DNA of 64,000 nucleotides from Massalongia carnosa (lineage: Eukaryota), in assembly GCA_965645245.1 (NCBI GenBank), contig OZ287076.1, positions 496,001 through 560,000 on the forward strand, read 5' to 3'. The position numbers and the translations under genes are program-made. Below the pieces are notes generated by a model, which did no database searches, was not told where the DNA came from, and saw only the letters and a program-made list of their open reading frames with translations. Every line of letters starts with the position of its first letter. The first letter of the stretch is position 1. Of this stretch, positions 13,086 to 24,592 are shown one piece after another.

Positions 13086-16000
13086 ATGGAGACAGCAATT
13101 CGCTGGGCACCTAGCTCTACTCCCTCCGCACAGCGTTTCCTTGTTGCCGACGTCAACGGTCGCAGCTTTAGGCATTGCCGGGTGGAAAGCTATGATGGCA
13201 AGGACCTACGCTTCGAAACCATATCGACCCACCACAAAGTCCCGGCGTTCCGCGCCTTTGACTGGTCCCCACATGATGAAGCTATTGTCGCTGTCGGTCA
13301 ATGGTCAGGCGAGGCAACGGTCCTTCGGATTGATGATAGTTCTCAGTCGCTCTCCTTGCCCATCAAACATCAGCGACTCTGCAACGCGGTAACCTTTAGC
13401 AAGACTGGACGCTTAGCTACAGGTTTGGAGAGGGTACGGAACGATTTTTGTTTGAATGTTTGGGATATCAGTCAGCGCATATCGAGTGGCTCATCGTCTG
13501 CCTCAGGGGCTGGAAGGCACTCCCTCGAGCCGATCCGCAAACTCGCAAGCTCCGAGGCCATTACCAGCATTAAATTCTTCCCTGGTCAACCAGACACTTT
13601 GGTGTGTGGCGTCAAAGGGGCATGTACACGGGTATACGATATACGAGAGAGTACCGGGAACCCATCCCTTCAATTCCAGACTTCCTGCGTCCACAACATA
13701 GCCATCGACCCCCTAGACGAAAACTACTTTGCTTCGGCGGGACCTCCTAAAGACCCAATGATACACATCTGGGACCGAAGGTTAGGTTCATCATCAACGG
13801 CGGCAAATTTAGGCTTGGGGTCCTCGCAAAGCGGTCACCATGGCCCACTCCTGGAGTTTCGAAAGGCATTCGATAGCTCCACTTCTTCCGCTCAACCAAG
13901 TATATGGAGCTTACGTTACTGCAAAGGGCAGAGCGGTTGTCTTGGAGCTCTTGGTAGCACCGGTGACTACAAAATCTTTGAGACAAGGAAGGAATATGTG
14001 CCTGAAAATGCTCGCTCCAAAGCATACCATGACCCAAACTCCGATAGACCTCTTTCGTTTGCTCAGCAGCTATTTACGAAGCAAATTCATCACGTAGAGC
14101 ATGCGTTTGACGATCTAAGACATAGACGTCCTGAAAATACGCGTATAGTCTCGTTTGATTTTACCAATCTAGCTGGATCTATGGGAAGGCCGTGTGCAAT
14201 TACGCTCCGGGGTAACCAAGCTATCAATATCTATGAGCTCAAAGGACCTCCGTCAGCTCTAAGTTTTTCACCCACAGGAGGTCTTGCACGAAGTAGAAAC
14301 TATGTCAGTAGGAGAGGGTTATCATTTAATGATGCACAGTTGAATGAACATGTGGAAACAATATATCCGCTAATAAAGTTGGATGCTGCAAGCTCGATTA
14401 AAACGGTGCATGACAAAATAAGAGCCACCCGTCCGAAACATGTACAAGAGCCTATGGCCTTCAGAGTGCAAGTTTCAGGCGAGGAGCCTGGTGTTAGTGA
14501 AAAAATACATCTGTCCAGTCGTGAAGCTCATGAGGCTTTGTATGATTATCGCTCGATCAATGGAAATCTCAGCGTTGAAGATGCTTTGCAAGTTATGAAC
14601 ACTCCTTACCGTCGTTGTACTGAGGGGTACCTGTTTGATTGTGTACGCAACATGGATATTCTGTCCGACGATCCCTGGCTGCAGGATTTGTGGAATTGGA
14701 TTGGCCGTAGGTATGACTAGCTCTTTTACAAACTTCTTGCTGACATGAATCAGGAAGTAAGGACAACGCGGAAGACGAAGGCATGATGAGTGAGGGCATA
14801 GATCTAAGCTTCATCGGTGTGTTTGGTATTTGGAACAACGATTTGGGTAAGGGATGAATTGGGCGTTTTTTCAATATCCTTTGGCTTATCTGCGCCAGGT
14901 CAACAAAAGAACGCGCGCAGGGGGAACAAAATAGGGAATGACATGGAGGTTGCCAGCGCTGTCAGCGCCTTGTGTGATAAACTTCAACTGCCCGAGTCTT
15001 CCCCACGGAAGACAGCGTATCCAAAACACCGCCAGTTATGTCTGTATACCTGTGGCATTGGTCTCTCGCAGCCGCAACTTGAGGAAACTGTCAAAGAGCT
15101 TGTTTGTAATGGCCAAAACACAAGGGCCGCCGCACTAGCTCTCATCCACGATAAACCCAAGCTTGCATTCCTTGCTTTGAGGAACGGCGCTGCCTCTCCA
15201 GCACACCGCGAGCTTTCTATCGCCCTGGCTGGCTTCGTAAAGGGGAATACGGACGATATGTGGGAAGAAACGGTACGCGAAGTAGCCAAGGAACTCGACG
15301 ACCCCTACGCGCGAGCGATCCTCGCCCTGGTAGGCTACGGCGACTGGCACGACGTCCTGGCCGAAACCTCTCTCCCGCTCCGCGACCGCGTCGGTGTCGC
15401 TCTCATGTACATAGACGACGAGGAACTTGGCCAATACATCGCCACCGTCACGGCGGAAAGCATCCAGCACGGCGACGTCGAGGGCATTGTCCTAACGGGA
15501 CTGACGGAAAAGTCCATCCCCCTCCTTCAAAACTACTCCCGGAAATTCTGCGACACGCAAACCCCGCTCCTCGCCCTCGCTCACACCTCCCCGCGTTACC
15601 TTTCCCACCCGCTAATCGATCACTGGCGCCAAGCCTACCGGTCCTTCCTCAATGCCAGCCGCCTCTTCCTCTTACGCGTCCAATTTGATGTCCAATCCAC
15701 CAAACTCTCCACCCCGTCCGGAGCCCGCCAAAAACCCCTTCTCCCCCCGCCGCCTCGACAGATCTCCCTGCGCTGCAACAATTGCGATCACGCGCTCGAC
15801 CGCAACCCGGAAAACAACCCTTCGCCTGCGCCGCAGACCCCGCCAGCCGGCCTCGCCGCTAATAACAACCACGGCTCCATCTTTGGCGATGCCCGCTCCG
15901 GCACCGTCTGCCCCCGCTGCGGCCGGCATATGCCCCGGTGCGTCATCTGCATGCTCTGGCTCGGCGTGCCGGATCCGGGGTCTAAGGGCGTAGCGGCTGC

Positions 16001-16202
16001 GGCGGCTGCGGCTAGTGGTGGTGGCCATGAGAACGACAGGAATCGGGATCCCCTCCGAGAATTCGTGGTAGTGTGCAGGGGATGCTGGCACATGAGCCAT
16101 GCGGGGCACGCGGAAGAGTGGTTCCGCGAGCATGATGTTTGCGCCGTGCCCGGGTGCGAGTGTCGGTGCGGGGAGGTTGACGCGGGGGTTGGGGGGTTGT
16201 AG
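13086..16202 (+). CDS. SEA4: SEACAT/GATOR2 subunit Sea4 (MIOS): WD40 repeats plus C-terminal Zn-ribbon/RING
   Basis: WD40 N-terminus (RLCNAVTFS..LATGLERVRNDFCLNVWD), GDVEGIVLTGL, and CPRCGRHMPRCVIC...CRGCWHMSHAGHAEEWF..HDVCAVPGCECRC. Introns 14707-14753 and 14847-14898 restore the frame. Confidence 0.92.
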
Positions 16203-16906
16203 TTTTAGAGATCCGGGGGGGGGGGGGGGGTAGCTGTAGGAAAGAGAGGAAAAAGAGAGAGAAACGGAGAGAAGTCAGAATCCTTATCCTTGACCGCAAG
16301 GCTTTTCGCCATAAGAGCTCGGCACGCGACTTGTCGGTCCTTTTTATCTCTCTCTCTCTTGTTTGTTGGAGTTCATAGTTGCCTGTATTTTAAGATATTC
16401 AATTATTTCAATCAATCAACCCATCCATCCATTTCTTCAGCTCTCAGGAGACAGAACGCAAGCAAACGAATCAACCTAAATCAACAAACTAACCCCCCCC
16501 CAGAGAAAAAAGATTTGGTCACTCCCCATATAAGGGAGGTATCTTGCTAATCGTAACCTCCCCTAAATCTATCTATCTCATCTAGGTACTTACTTCCTTT
16601 CGCTTCCTCCTCTCAAAACCTGTACCAATCTCTTCCTTAATTAACACCCCCCCCCCCCCCATATCAAGCTACGAGACGCAAAACATATCATACCTATCCA
16701 TACTACCGTAGACATGATCCAAAGCGAAAACTCCCCCTCCTGGCAAATAGGCCCTGCGTTCCCCGATTCCTTATCCATATGGCGCCCGGTACAAGTTGTC
16801 CCAACAAGTCCTAGAACCGGGAGCGTATACAACACCCGCATTAATCTTCCACCCATAACTCCTCTTCATCATATCATAAAGCAACAGCGGCTCGCCCTCC
16901 TCCCCC

Positions 16907-18991
16907 TCACATCACAAGGCAACCCCCGCTCCTTGCCCTCCTCCGCCCTGCCCTCGGCCCCCCCCTCTCCTCATCCGCATGCACCATCCGCGCCTCCATC
17001 AGCCGTCTTCGTCTTCTCCTAGACCCCCCAGCCCCTGCTTCCTCGCTCGCCACCATGAATTCAGCCCACTTCCGTTCCAACCGCTTTGCTGCCGCCACAT
17101 CGCCCCGGAGTACGCGCTTCGTATGCTCATCCACCGTGTCCTGATAGAGGTGGAAGCACTTCAGCGCCACCACCTGCCCGCGCTGCGGCTCCGCGTTGCG
17201 CGACAGGATTTCGCGCACGCCGGTCCAGGTCACGTTTTGGCAGTCGTACACGACCAGGCGGAGACCGACAACGGAAAGTGGCGATGGGGTGGAGAGGTCA
17301 CGCATGTGCAGCTGGGCGGCAGCTTCGGCTAGGACCAGGTCGGAGACTCGCGTATTGTCGAGGACTAGGCTGCGGATGCGGATGCAGGCTTTTAGGACGG
17401 CAAGCATGCCTGTGTCGCCGAGAGATTCACAGAAGCTGATGTTGAGGTGCTGGAGGTTGGACGCACACGGGGATTTGGCGATGTTGAGGAGAGTGGCATT
17501 GGTGAGCTCCTCCAGCTCTTCCAGGTCGAGGTGGGTGAGCAAGGGGGTTGTTTCGAGCAGATCCGTCAGGGCGTCGTCGGTGAGGCGGTCGCAATGGGAG
17601 AGCTGCAGGCCGCAGAGATCGGGGACGTTGTGGGCGAGCGTTTGCACGCCCTGATCGGTGAGGGCGGGGCAGCGACTGAAGTCGAGGTGACGAAATCGAC
17701 GGGGATGGACCATCGCTCGGTTGGTCAAGGGGTCGATTTTGGGTTCCATGCCCTGCACCAAGACCGCAAGGGAGCCATCGTCCAGATCCTCGCAGTGAGA
17801 CACAATCAGTGTTTCCAAGGTGTTGCGGAGAAACAGGCTGTGCATGAACTCCTTGCTCCCCAGCCCTTTGAGTTCGCCCGCGCGGAGGTCGCGGAGTTTG
17901 GGGCACGCCACGACCACGTGCTGAAGCCCCTTCGCGTCGATGTTGGAGCACCAGGACACGTTGAGATGCTGCAACTGTGGGCACCTGTCCGCAATGGTTT
18001 TCATGGCGGAGTTGTTCAGCGCGGACAAGCCCGACACGTTAATGTGTACCAGGCGGGGGTTCCGCAGGAAGAAGCAATGCACGGAGCTCCGGTCAATCCG
18101 GCAGCCCTCAAACGAGAGGTTTTCGAGGTTCCTGCAGGCGTCGAAAATCTTACGGCCATCGCTCCCCCACCTCTCCTTCATCTGCACGCAGCCTCGAAGG
18201 TTCAAGTCTCTGATGAACGGTCCAGCCGTGGTCAAAATCTTGATCAACGATTCACTCGGTATCTCGCGATAGTATTTCTCCGTGTCCACGTTGATCCAGA
18301 GTTGCCCATCCAGACACATCTTGTGCCACGTCTTCGAGACGGCCGAGCATCTGATGATTTCTTTGGGCTTCAAAAATTGAAGGATCTGGACTTTGATCTC
18401 ATGCGGGAGCTCGCCCCAGAAGTCAAAGTTCACTCGCTTGGACACCGGCTTGATCCGCGCCGCTGGCCTGGAAAAATAATCTCGTGCTGCCTCCGACACT
18501 TCTGGCGTCGCTGCTGGCTGAACTTCCTTGACACCTACACGCAGGTCCGCCGGTAATGCGACGCTCATGGGCGCCATCGACGCATGATTCGCCGACTCGT
18601 TCCCCACGACCCGAATCCGGGCCCGAAGATCGAAGAATTGCGGATCTGAACCTGGCGTGCTGGCCACGGACGATGGAGCAGTTGAGAAGCCAGCCGACGA
18701 TTGCGACGAGTAAGAGTTCCCGTACGAATGGCCGTGAGCGAGCGCCGACGACGACAACGACACGCACGACATGGAGCCTTTTCCACCGCTCCGGTAGCTT
18801 GTAGGAGGGATTCGACCGATTTTGGCCAGGGACGGGGAGGATGACATTCGTTGCAAGCCTTGAAGAAACCGCCTGCACGCCCTGACCTTGGGGGGCTGCT
18901 CGAAGGGTAGTGGCAGCGGTTCGGCATGTGCGCTGGCTGGTGTCATGGTCCCAGGCGACTCCATCACGTTATCCGCGACAATTTGAGACAT
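16907..18991 (-). CDS. F-box/leucine-rich-repeat protein (FBXL2/FBXL20-like) with C-terminal CaaX box
   Basis: F-box FWGELPHEIKVQILQFL..KEIIRCSAVSKTWHKMCLDGQLW, cysteine-containing LRRs (LNLRGC, LNVSWC, LDFSRC, LQLSHC), ending ...RRRARSGGCLVM*. First ATG at 18991; an upstream exon is possible. Confidence 0.9.
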   Translation of the reverse strand: MSQIVADNVMESPGTMTPASAHAEPLPLPFEQPPKVRACRRFLQGLQRMSSSPSLAKIGRIPPTSYRSGGKGSMSCVSLSSSALAHGHSYGNSYSSQSSAGFSTAPSSVASTPGSDPQFFDLRARIRVVGNESANHASMAPMSVALPADLRVGVKEVQPAATPEVSEAARDYFSRPAARIKPVSKRVNFDFWGELPHEIKVQILQFLKPKEIIRCSAVSKTWHKMCLDGQLWINVDTEKYYREIPSESLIKILTTAGPFIRDLNLRGCVQMKERWGSDGRKIFDACRNLENLSFEGCRIDRSSVHCFFLRNPRLVHINVSGLSALNNSAMKTIADRCPQLQHLNVSWCSNIDAKGLQHVVVACPKLRDLRAGELKGLGSKEFMHSLFLRNTLETLIVSHCEDLDDGSLAVLVQGMEPKIDPLTNRAMVHPRRFRHLDFSRCPALTDQGVQTLAHNVPDLCGLQLSHCDRLTDDALTDLLETTPLLTHLDLEELEELTNATLLNIAKSPCASNLQHLNISFCESLGDTGMLAVLKACIRIRSLVLDNTRVSDLVLAEAAAQLHMRDLSTPSPLSVVGLRLVVYDCQNVTWTGVREILSRNAEPQRGQVVALKCFHLYQDTVDEHTKRVLRGDVAAAKRLERKWAEFMVASEEAGAGGSRRRRRRLMEARMVHADEERGGPRAGRRRARSGGCLVM

Positions 18992-19283
18992 TGTCGAGGG
19001 TAGAATACGGATGCAGCAGACAGCTTCTTGAATGTTTGCTGATTCAACGTACAAGTATCAGGTGGCCTTGGAAGAGGCTGGGTGTCGACAATAGGAACAC
19101 GTCAAGGGAGGGGGGGGGGGAGCCCTATGCAAGGGAAAGTCGTGTTTCCTACATCCACATGCGCATTCCCATCACACATCGATCCGTGACCGTGATAGCC
19201 AAGTGCCCACTGCTAGAGGAAGAGACGGACATTCAAGTCACGAGAATGAGTCGACACTTGATCAAGTGGGCGTGAGTGAACGA

Positions 19284-19378
19284 GTGTGGGAGTGTGAGAG
19301 TGTGGGAGTGTGGGAGTGTGGGAGTGTGGGAGTGTGGGAGTGTGGGAGTGTGGGAGAGTGGGAGAGTAGGAGAGTGGG
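19284..19378. repeat. (GTGTGGGA)n 8-bp microsatellite upstream of the F-box gene
   Basis: About 10 imperfect copies read directly. Confidence 0.9.
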
Positions 19379-19459
19379 TGTGTCGACTTTCAAGACATGA
19401 AGCTGATCCAAGGTTCTTATCGCGTATCGGAATTTCGCTCTAGTCTCTATCGATTACAG

Positions 19460-19744
19460 TACTCGGTATCGATTGCGGAATAGGTACTCTCTGTACGGAG
19501 TATGGACACAGTATGGACACACAGTATGTACCGACTATGTACGGACTAGCTGCTCTGTACCGAGTAACGTTACTCGGTATCGATGGTCCAAGCGGAACAA
19601 AGCGGGGTCAGGTGCTTCTTCGGATTTCGGGCTTTTCGGCTGCTGACTCCTCTAGATGACACCTTCTGACCGCTGAAGCATACGCCATGATCACAATCGA
19701 GGTACCGAGTACTCAGTAGAGGTGGGGACGAGAGGTACTCGGTA
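19460..19744. promoter_or_regulatory. Cluster of 7 TACNGAGTA motifs, including a perfect 22-bp palindrome (19558-19579), upstream of the F-box gene
   Basis: Copies at 19460, 19494, 19558, 19571, 19703, 19710 and 19736. A regulatory role is inferred. Confidence 0.55.
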
Positions 19745-20288
19745 CTTGTACCCTGTATACAAAAAAAATCCCTTCTGGTTATCATACATAGCGGCAACTT
19801 TCTCGTTCCCCCGCCTCTACCCAGCCTCTGTGCACATAAAGCGAATATGACCGAATACTTACCAGCCAGTCGTCAGTCCATAGCTGATCTCATCAGCAAA
19901 TATAAAAATGCTCGATGCACACTTATCAATGTGGAGGAGAACTCCTCGTGAAATAGTTTATAGGTATTACTCGACACGCGAAATACCTCATGATCCTTGA
20001 GATACAGAGGTGGGGAAGGGGTAAGAGCCAAGTAGCGCCATTTCCCCCATGGGGATATCCGGTGCGGTTTACCTGCGCACGTGAGGTTCGTCGTGGTGGT
20101 GCAGAGTGACTTTCGATGCCAGGAGAAACAAAAGTGGTGAGGAGCGGGCGAGATAAAGGGGCAGAGAGAGGCAGTGAGGGTGTGTTGGAGGAGCGGTATT
20201 TACGGATGTTGTATGCTAGGGCTGGAAAAGTGGTACGGCAACGCTCAGCACCAAACATGTAATTGATACACGGGGGGTATCGTGGTGT

Positions 20289-22203
20289 CTACGACGTGCC
20301 GTACCCAATCGACTCTCGGTTATCGTCCACCACGCGGCCGTACCTGCGTGAAGCGTTAGCGGAGAAGAAGACCAAAGTTTCCCCTGTTGGAGAAGGGAGA
20401 AAGGGGTGGAAAGCCGTACTCGATCAGAAGCCGGAACAACCACACCTCCAGATCATCGTTGCGCAAGACCTCTCCTGCCCACGCCCGGCCCTGAGTCGCC
20501 ACCGTCACCCCCTGCGGCTTGCCCGCTTCTTCCCGCTGGAAGTAACGCACGCTCTCCAAGTACTCGTCGCCGTGCAGGCTGAGCGGGATGTAATGCACCC
20601 ACGGGCGCAGCCACTCTTCGTGCCACTCGCGGAAAAGGGCCATCTTGTACACTAGGCTCTTGCTCTTGAGGAAGGCGTAGAAGCGGCCGCTGAACGCGTT
20701 GCCGTCCATGTCGAGGAGGTGCTTGTAGGCCCAAGCGTGGTGCTGCTTGGCCGGCGGGACGATGTCGAAGAATTCCTTCTGCGCATCGCAGTCGGCCGGA
20801 TCGCACTGGCCCACGTGCGAGAACTTGACGTCGAACAGATCCTTGTGGTCCGGTCTCGGCACGTCCTTGGCCTTCCAACCGGCGCCGCTGCTGGTGTTTC
20901 GAAGCTCCAGCACCTTGGCCGTGCCAAGAGCATTGATCTGTTCTACCACTAGTTGTCTGTGCTGACGTCTCCAGCCCCCGTCTCGAGAAAACCCGCCGGT
21001 GGTGGATCCGCGCCAGTACATTTGATCGTGCTTCTTGTCCCAGTCGTAATCTTGCCCTTCTTGATAAGCCACCTTCTCGGACCAGTACCATGGCGAAGGA
21101 TAGAGAATGTCTTGATAGCTGCTGATCTTGCTCTGGGAGAAGATTGGGAACAGGTCGTGAACAACATCGTAGGCATTCGGGCGATTGAAGAAACCAAAAC
21201 GTTCCCGCAAGGAGGGCGACAGGCATATGTCGGAAAAGGCGGTTTTGTTGGAGATAAAACCGAGCTCCGAGAATGAAAAAGAAGTTCGGTCGTCCTCGAG
21301 GTTCTCCTCTAAGGCGCGAGAAGGACTTTCGGGCGAGCACGAGACTCTCGAATGGGTCCACGTCGGTTGATGGGCAAATTTGTTGAATCTGGTCGTCTTG
21401 TATTCATTGAACCTAGTGCCATCATCCACATCCGCCGGTCTCGGAGACCAGGCGTTCTTCGGCGCATCGTTCTTAAACGCAGCGGGCATGGTCTGGTCCT
21501 TTGCCCGGGCCACCAGTCTACTCAAATCATCATGTGGAATCACCACCCGGGGTTCGTCGTGAATGTTAAATGGCAAATCCATGTCCGGAAGGTATTTGAC
21601 GAAGCTCTCGACCATGCCGGTTGTAGCTCTCTGTTGCCATTCCCCGCCACCCGCTGCACTGATAACCCTTCCATCCCGTATCAGCAGCCCAAGCAGTGCG
21701 TTGTCGAATCCTAGCGCTTCCCGAGCTCTTTCACGGATGACTGATGGTGGCAAGGCCCAGAACGGTAATAGCGAATTGTGGATGGTATCGTACTCGTCAA
21801 TCAACCGCACCCTCTTTTGTGTTGCAAACTCGTACCATTTGTCGAATTGAGGCGGCGGCGGAATCTTATACCTCCGCCGGTATTCCTTGACGGCTTTTTC
21901 CAGCGAGGAGGATTGCCTTTGCTTAAGCTCTTCAAACTCCTTCGTGGTAGTTTCGATTAGTTGATGAATAGGGTGGGAGGGGCCCGTCGAGGGAGGTAAT
22001 GGCTTGGCAACGTGAGCCGGAAGACTTTCGCGATGGGTAGTAGCCGGGAGTTTATGTGTCGGAGCGGCGCGGTCGGGATGGAGAAGCAGCAGCGTCAGGC
22101 TGATGAAGGCACAGAGCGCAAAGATACTAAGCAGTTGCGTGCGCCGTATCATTCTTCGTGGAGCGGACGTGACGTAGGCAGTGGCAGCACGAGGTCGGTT
22201 CAT
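20289..22203 (-). CDS. Glycosyltransferase family 90 (Cap10/Cxt1-like, probable beta-1,2-xylosyltransferase), type II membrane protein
   Basis: N-terminal TM segment, EYRRRYKIPPPPQFDKWYEFA, LPDMDLPFNIHDEPRV, WRGSTTGG, KHLLDMDGNAFSGRF, FREWHEEWLRPWVHYIP. Intron 20344-20419 gives the C-terminus EYGRVVDDNRESIGYGTS*. Confidence 0.92.
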
Positions 22204-22777
22204 GGAATCAGCGGCTAAGGCAACCGCCGATTTCTTTGGCAATAGGGGCGTTGCGGGACGGTTGAGAAACACTGGACTGAAGCGCTGGGCCTCAACTGTA
22301 GCGCTTGCCTTGCTCTAGACCTTTGGGCCTGGATTCTCATGGCTCCAACCCCTTCTCTACGCTGCCCTAGATCGTGGTTGCCTGTTACCTTCTGGTGGTA
22401 GGTAGGCTGAAAAAAGTGGGATTTTTCGGGGCGGCTACGCGATGCATTGTTTAGGGGATTCGCACTGCTAGGAGTCATCCTATGAAAATCCCTCGTCGTT
22501 CGTAGTATGGCGATTTGTGCTAAGCTTTTTTGCTTCTACCCTGTACGGTTGATCGATCGGTTTGGTGATGGTTTTGGGAGTCAATGTTGAGGAATTCTAC
22601 ACAATCCTAACAATATAGACCACTACAGATATGCTACCAATTTCGGGTCTGCAAAATGCCTTGAACACCTTAGCTAAGATAGGTATCTTCAATTAACTTC
22701 AGTTCACTGCTCCATCATGAAATACTGTAAACCATGCAAAATAGTACAGGACAACTATTCTTCCAATCTCGAAGGGC

Positions 22778-23671
22778 CTAAGTCTTCCGGCCCATTTCTG
22801 AGAAGTAATGACACGATGTCATATGGCTGGATGCCCCGGTGTACTGGTTGAAAATTGAACAGCCTAACTTTGCCGCGTTGGGGGGGGTGTACACTGAATT
22901 GACATCAGCTGTTGGCAAGTGAGGATAAACGTTGACATGGTCAACGACTCACAATGCAATGACACGGCAAACATCTCAGGATCAGGATTCGAGATCTTGT
23001 GCAGTCCAAGCTAGTACAGGGCTATATGTTGGCATCCGTTCATCAGAATGTGAGGTGCAAGTTTTCACATACATTATCTGACATATATGTCACCTGATCC
23101 TTGCTGTAAACGGTCTCCTTCTGGATATGTAACGGAGAGGGTTTTCCTTCCTTGATAGCATTGCGATCTGGCCAAGTGTAGAGAGACTCCTTCAGCGACC
23201 CATGAAGAATCTGGATCAATAGTCAGCAACGAGACTTGCTTTCAGGCAGGCATATTCCTTATTACTTTCATGACGCAGTGCGAATTAGCATGGTCATGGA
23301 TGGGGCTTTCATTCCCTGGTGTCCAAACCAAAATCAGCTGTAAATAGCAATTAGCACCCAATCTCCTCTAGTGTCTGCAAAGATGCCCGCCATCCACGCA
23401 CAAGATTGCTTTTTCCGTTTCCCCGATCGACAAGATTTCTTGTAAACGTCCGGCTTGGGTCTCTCAACGCGTATTGTGTCCATTCGGATTCGTTGGAGGC
23501 GTAATTCTGCATAAGCTCCTCCAGGCTCTTCGGGTCCACATCAGCCGAGTCGAGCCCCGACGATGGTCCAAGAACGTTGCAGAGGTCTTGCACCAGTTGA
23601 TGAAAGGCGTCGAGCGGCTTCGCAGACTTGGTGGGAGGCTTGAAATCGTTGTGCTCAACTGCAGAAGGCAT
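22778..23671 (-). CDS. CDO1: Cysteine dioxygenase type I (cupin), 5 exons
   Basis: [47 protein letters not shown]...[15 protein letters not shown]...AVSLHL/YTPP. The His ligands and the Cys-Tyr crosslink residues are present. Confidence 0.93.
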
Positions 23672-24592
23672 GCTTGCTGATGGGATAAAGGATAATAATG
23701 GAGACAGACATATTGCGAAAGGCAAAGGCTTTTTGCGAACTTAAGATTTGACGGCTCGCTCGTCTGATCGTGAAACGTCAGCAGGACGGAGATATTGACC
23801 GGTCCATATTCGCTCCTGGGTTCGCAGATCTCCGATGCTTTCAGTATGAACTAGATTGAGAGAATGCCGGATGCTCCACCGCATCAATCGAACTCGACTC
23901 CTCGCGGCCAAGTTAGCCATCGCAGAGGTGTCCGCCGAGGACCCTTGGCCAGGGATCCAAAGCAAGAGCCTCCCGCGAGCGAGCCCCATAACACGTGCCT
24001 GACCACCTAAAGGAGAGACTTGCCATTAGGTCACATGACCGTCCCCTTTGGGGCAATGTGTTGACGCCAAAAGGTCCGTAAGATCAGGCTCAGCAACGTC
24101 ACACTTAATCGGACACGACCATTGAGACGTCAAAGAATACATTATGATGTACGATTAAAACGGACCGCTGAGCATTTATTTACTCCCCTGCCCCCTGCTT
24201 CCTTGGCCCAGGCCAAATAACCCCTGGTCCTTATTCACACTCCTCAGAGGACCCAAACCGCAACTGGCAGCCAGTCAGATGGCCAAATCCAACATCTCTT
24301 CTATCCACATCCTTCATCTCCATTTCCATGATAAGTCCATTGATGCAGATTAGTGGTACATACACGTAGCTCAGCCGCGTGGGAAGTAACATTCACTGGC
24401 CGAGCGAAGCGCCCAGCACACAAAGAAACGCCACCGCCTACGAAAACGCCTCCTGTCCGATTCTCATCTTCCCGTCCTCCATCTCTTCGTTTGGGTAAGG
24501 CGCTTTCTTTCATCCGGCATACTGTAAAGATGCAGACAAACCGGGTAAAGACCATGCTAAGAACCCCGAGTTTCCTAACGAAGGCACGCATA

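Noticed and set aside
17447..18556. 369-aa ORF antisense to the F-box gene, and similar shadow ORFs such as 20453-21361 and 33717-34454
   Set aside because: Expected by-products of high GC3 in the real genes; no recognisable motifs.
20337..20419. GTACGGC repeated at the GT90 intron start and next exon start, like an introner target duplication
   Set aside because: It is explained by a normal GTACGG donor plus Glu-Tyr-Gly codons; no other copy of this intron was seen.
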